From contig NC_092670.1 of NCBI RefSeq assembly GCF_964355755.1, positions 14,060,795 through 14,124,794 of the forward strand: 64,000 nt of DNA, in the 5' to 3' direction. This stretch comes from Antedon mediterranea (lineage: Eukaryota; Animalia; Echinodermata). Positions 61,777 through 64,000 of the stretch are shown here, in pieces. A program made the translations under genes and the position numbers. The notes beneath the pieces are model-generated. The model was not told the origin of the DNA, did no database searches, and saw only the letters and a program-made list of their open reading frames with translations. Within the stretch, counting starts at the first letter, position 1; every line of letters starts with the position of its first letter.

Positions 61777-63759
61777 GTAAGTGGTTTTAATAAACACAAT
61801 ATTGATTGAGAGTTATGTAAACGGTTGGATATGAACTCTCCATGGATAGAGTCATGCTTCTCAGTAAAGAGTTCGAATCATCAATTGGTTCAGTTTTTCT
61901 TTAATACCGTAGTTCATAGGGAAACGAAAACATGTACATATGGTATGTAATTGTTAAGTGTGGCCCTTTAACCACAGTAGAACTGTAAGGGGACACCTTT
62001 GGGACCCAAAACGTGTCCCCTTAATAGAGGTATCCTCTGATTAGCCGTTTTTTAAACAAAACATTTAATACATAATATTCTCTTGAGAGTGTCCCCTGAA
62101 TAGAGTTGTTATTGTCACAAGGGAGATGTTTGAATGTTTTGTATGAATTTAAACTAGTATTTCTGTATTAAAAGTTCTACGAACATAATGTTGAGTAACG
62201 GAGTGGTGTTCATTATAAATATAGTTAATTCAAATTATTGTGTGTATTGTAACGACCGTACAGAATGAGTCAACTATACCCCTATTGTTATTATTAGCAG
62301 CACAAACCTTCCGCCCTTCGCACTATGAAATGCCTGATCGATGCTGAGCTTGTTGTCATTTTTTACCTTCAAAGGCCTGGTCGATATTATAAAGTAATAC
62401 CACGAGTATCATTTGGAAATATCAAAACAAAAATATAATATGCGGTGACTGTAAATCAATATCTATGCTTGGCATACTCTACAAAAAATAAATTAAATTA
62501 TGAATTTTGATTACATAAACATTGTTGAGTTTTAAATTCATTTTGCTGACGGCAAAATTAGAATTCGATTTATGTTAGTGATGTTGAGTGGAGTAGGATT
62601 GGCTAAGGCAGGGGAGCCACAAACACCCAATGTCAGCCCACGTCCTCATCCCGATATCAGTCTTTTGTGTCCTCAATAAACAAAGTGTCTTAGGCTTTCG
62701 GAAAGAGTGTCTTAGGATTTCGGAAAGAGAGGGTACTGTACGTACCCCGGTGTTTTTGTAGCCCCTATTGTTAATCGATATTGAGGTATATACTATTTTA
62801 ATATAATCATCATTATCGTTCTATGCAGAACCTAATTTCAGTATAGTCTGCGATGTCTATGATAATCTGCAATGGAGCTGCGATCAGGGAGGCCTATACA
62901 CAATCACTTTGATTACGAAAACCACGATAACGGTCCCAATCAGACGAAACCCGCACGATTTGACGAATCCACCATCTCTAATCGTAAACATTTTTTTAAT
63001 TCAATCTAAAAGATTGATATTTTAATCTTTTGCTATAATGTTAAATCAAGACCCCTACATGACTTTGGATTGATAATCGAAAAAAAGTAATGATATCACA
63101 TTAGGCCTACTGTGATACCATTCCTTTCAGTGTACTAGTTATAATTCGGGTTGTTATTTCCTTGTCAATGTTATTGTTCATGAATTCTGTCAGAAATTAT
63201 TATTATTTTCTATTTAAAAAATAACAATAAATGATAATGTACATGGTTTTCTAGTTAGTCGATCGATGGTTTCACATAATTTCCCCTTCGTATTTGGTTT
63301 CCAACATTTCGTGTAACTTCTGTTCTGAATTAAAAAAAAACAGAATGATTTAGATTTGGATCGCAGCAGTTGCCATGTATTTCCTTAAAAACAATTTTGA
63401 CAGATCATTGACGTTTACAGAATTTGCGATAATAGAATAGAAACATCGTTATGTTCATTCCTTTTAGTTATAAAGGGTTATTGTACTTGGGAGTAACAGT
63501 ACCCGAATTTAGCATTCAATCAATAGGTTTAAATTCAATCGAAAGCAACTGTAGGAAAAACTAAAAATAACTTTTATAGAATTTTAACGTAGGCTCTAAT
63601 ACACAACTTCTTTCATATCTGCGGTAAGAACAATATGCAGAAGAAAAATTGATGAATTTAGAATACAGTATTAGGCCTTATCGTATTTTGTAACCCATAT
63701 TAAGGAGACACTTTCGGGATCATACAAAGTGTCTCCCGTAATGTTTCATGATAGTCTTA

Positions 63760-64000
63760 GTGTAAAAATATGTATTCCTCCTTTGATTCACATAGGAAAG
63801 TGTCGCCTTTAATAGGAGTGTGGCCTGAATAGGGTTTGGCCGTGTTAAAATATGTATTCCTCCTTTGATTCACATAGGAAAGTGTCGCCTTTAATAGGAG
63901 TGTGCCCTGAATAAGGTTTGGCCGTGTTAAAATATGTATTCCTCCTTTGATTCACATAGGAAAGTATCGCCTTTAATAGGAGTGTGCCCTGAATAGGGTT
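63760..64000. repeat. 82-bp tandem repeat, three units, running off the window
   Basis: Units start at 63760, 63842 and 63924; they contain AAAGTGTCGCCTTTAATAGGAGTGTG, similar to the MITE-like piece at about 61975-62105. Confidence 0.9.

Overview
AT-rich, intron-rich animal genomic DNA; gene content and repeat types suggest an invertebrate deuterostome, probably an echinoderm (inference). Exons were assembled by hand from GT-AG sites and reading phase. Five genes: (1) the last three exons of an SDR16C/RDH10-type short-chain dehydrogenase (+, 2-1095); (2) a complete 14-exon MTMR9 pseudophosphatase (+, 6736-15543, about 550 aa); (3) a BCLAF1/THRAP3-like RS protein (-, about 17189-22645); (4) a complete 13-exon Vac8-like armadillo protein (+, 25789-47871, about 551 aa), divergent from gene 3; (5) a ZNF800-like zinc-finger gene with one coding exon (-, 55326-57959). 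A possible first exon of a sixth gene lies near 61762. Non-coding DNA holds Harbinger-, Kolobok- and hAT-like MITEs, one canonical Helitron, a nested pair of Helentron-like elements, a Penelope-like relic with a minimal hammerhead ribozyme, tRNA-derived SINE fragments and several minisatellites. Most notable: an MTMR9 exon end plus splice donor amplified to 20 copies; paired-copy evidence that frequent TACAGTA/TACTGTA and TAGGCCTA words are transposon excision footprints; two 33-bp P-superfamily-like scars with 7-bp target duplications; one MITE family altered at the same internal position in four of five copies; and an intron-rich animal Vac8. Homology calls come from recalled protein sequences, not database searches.
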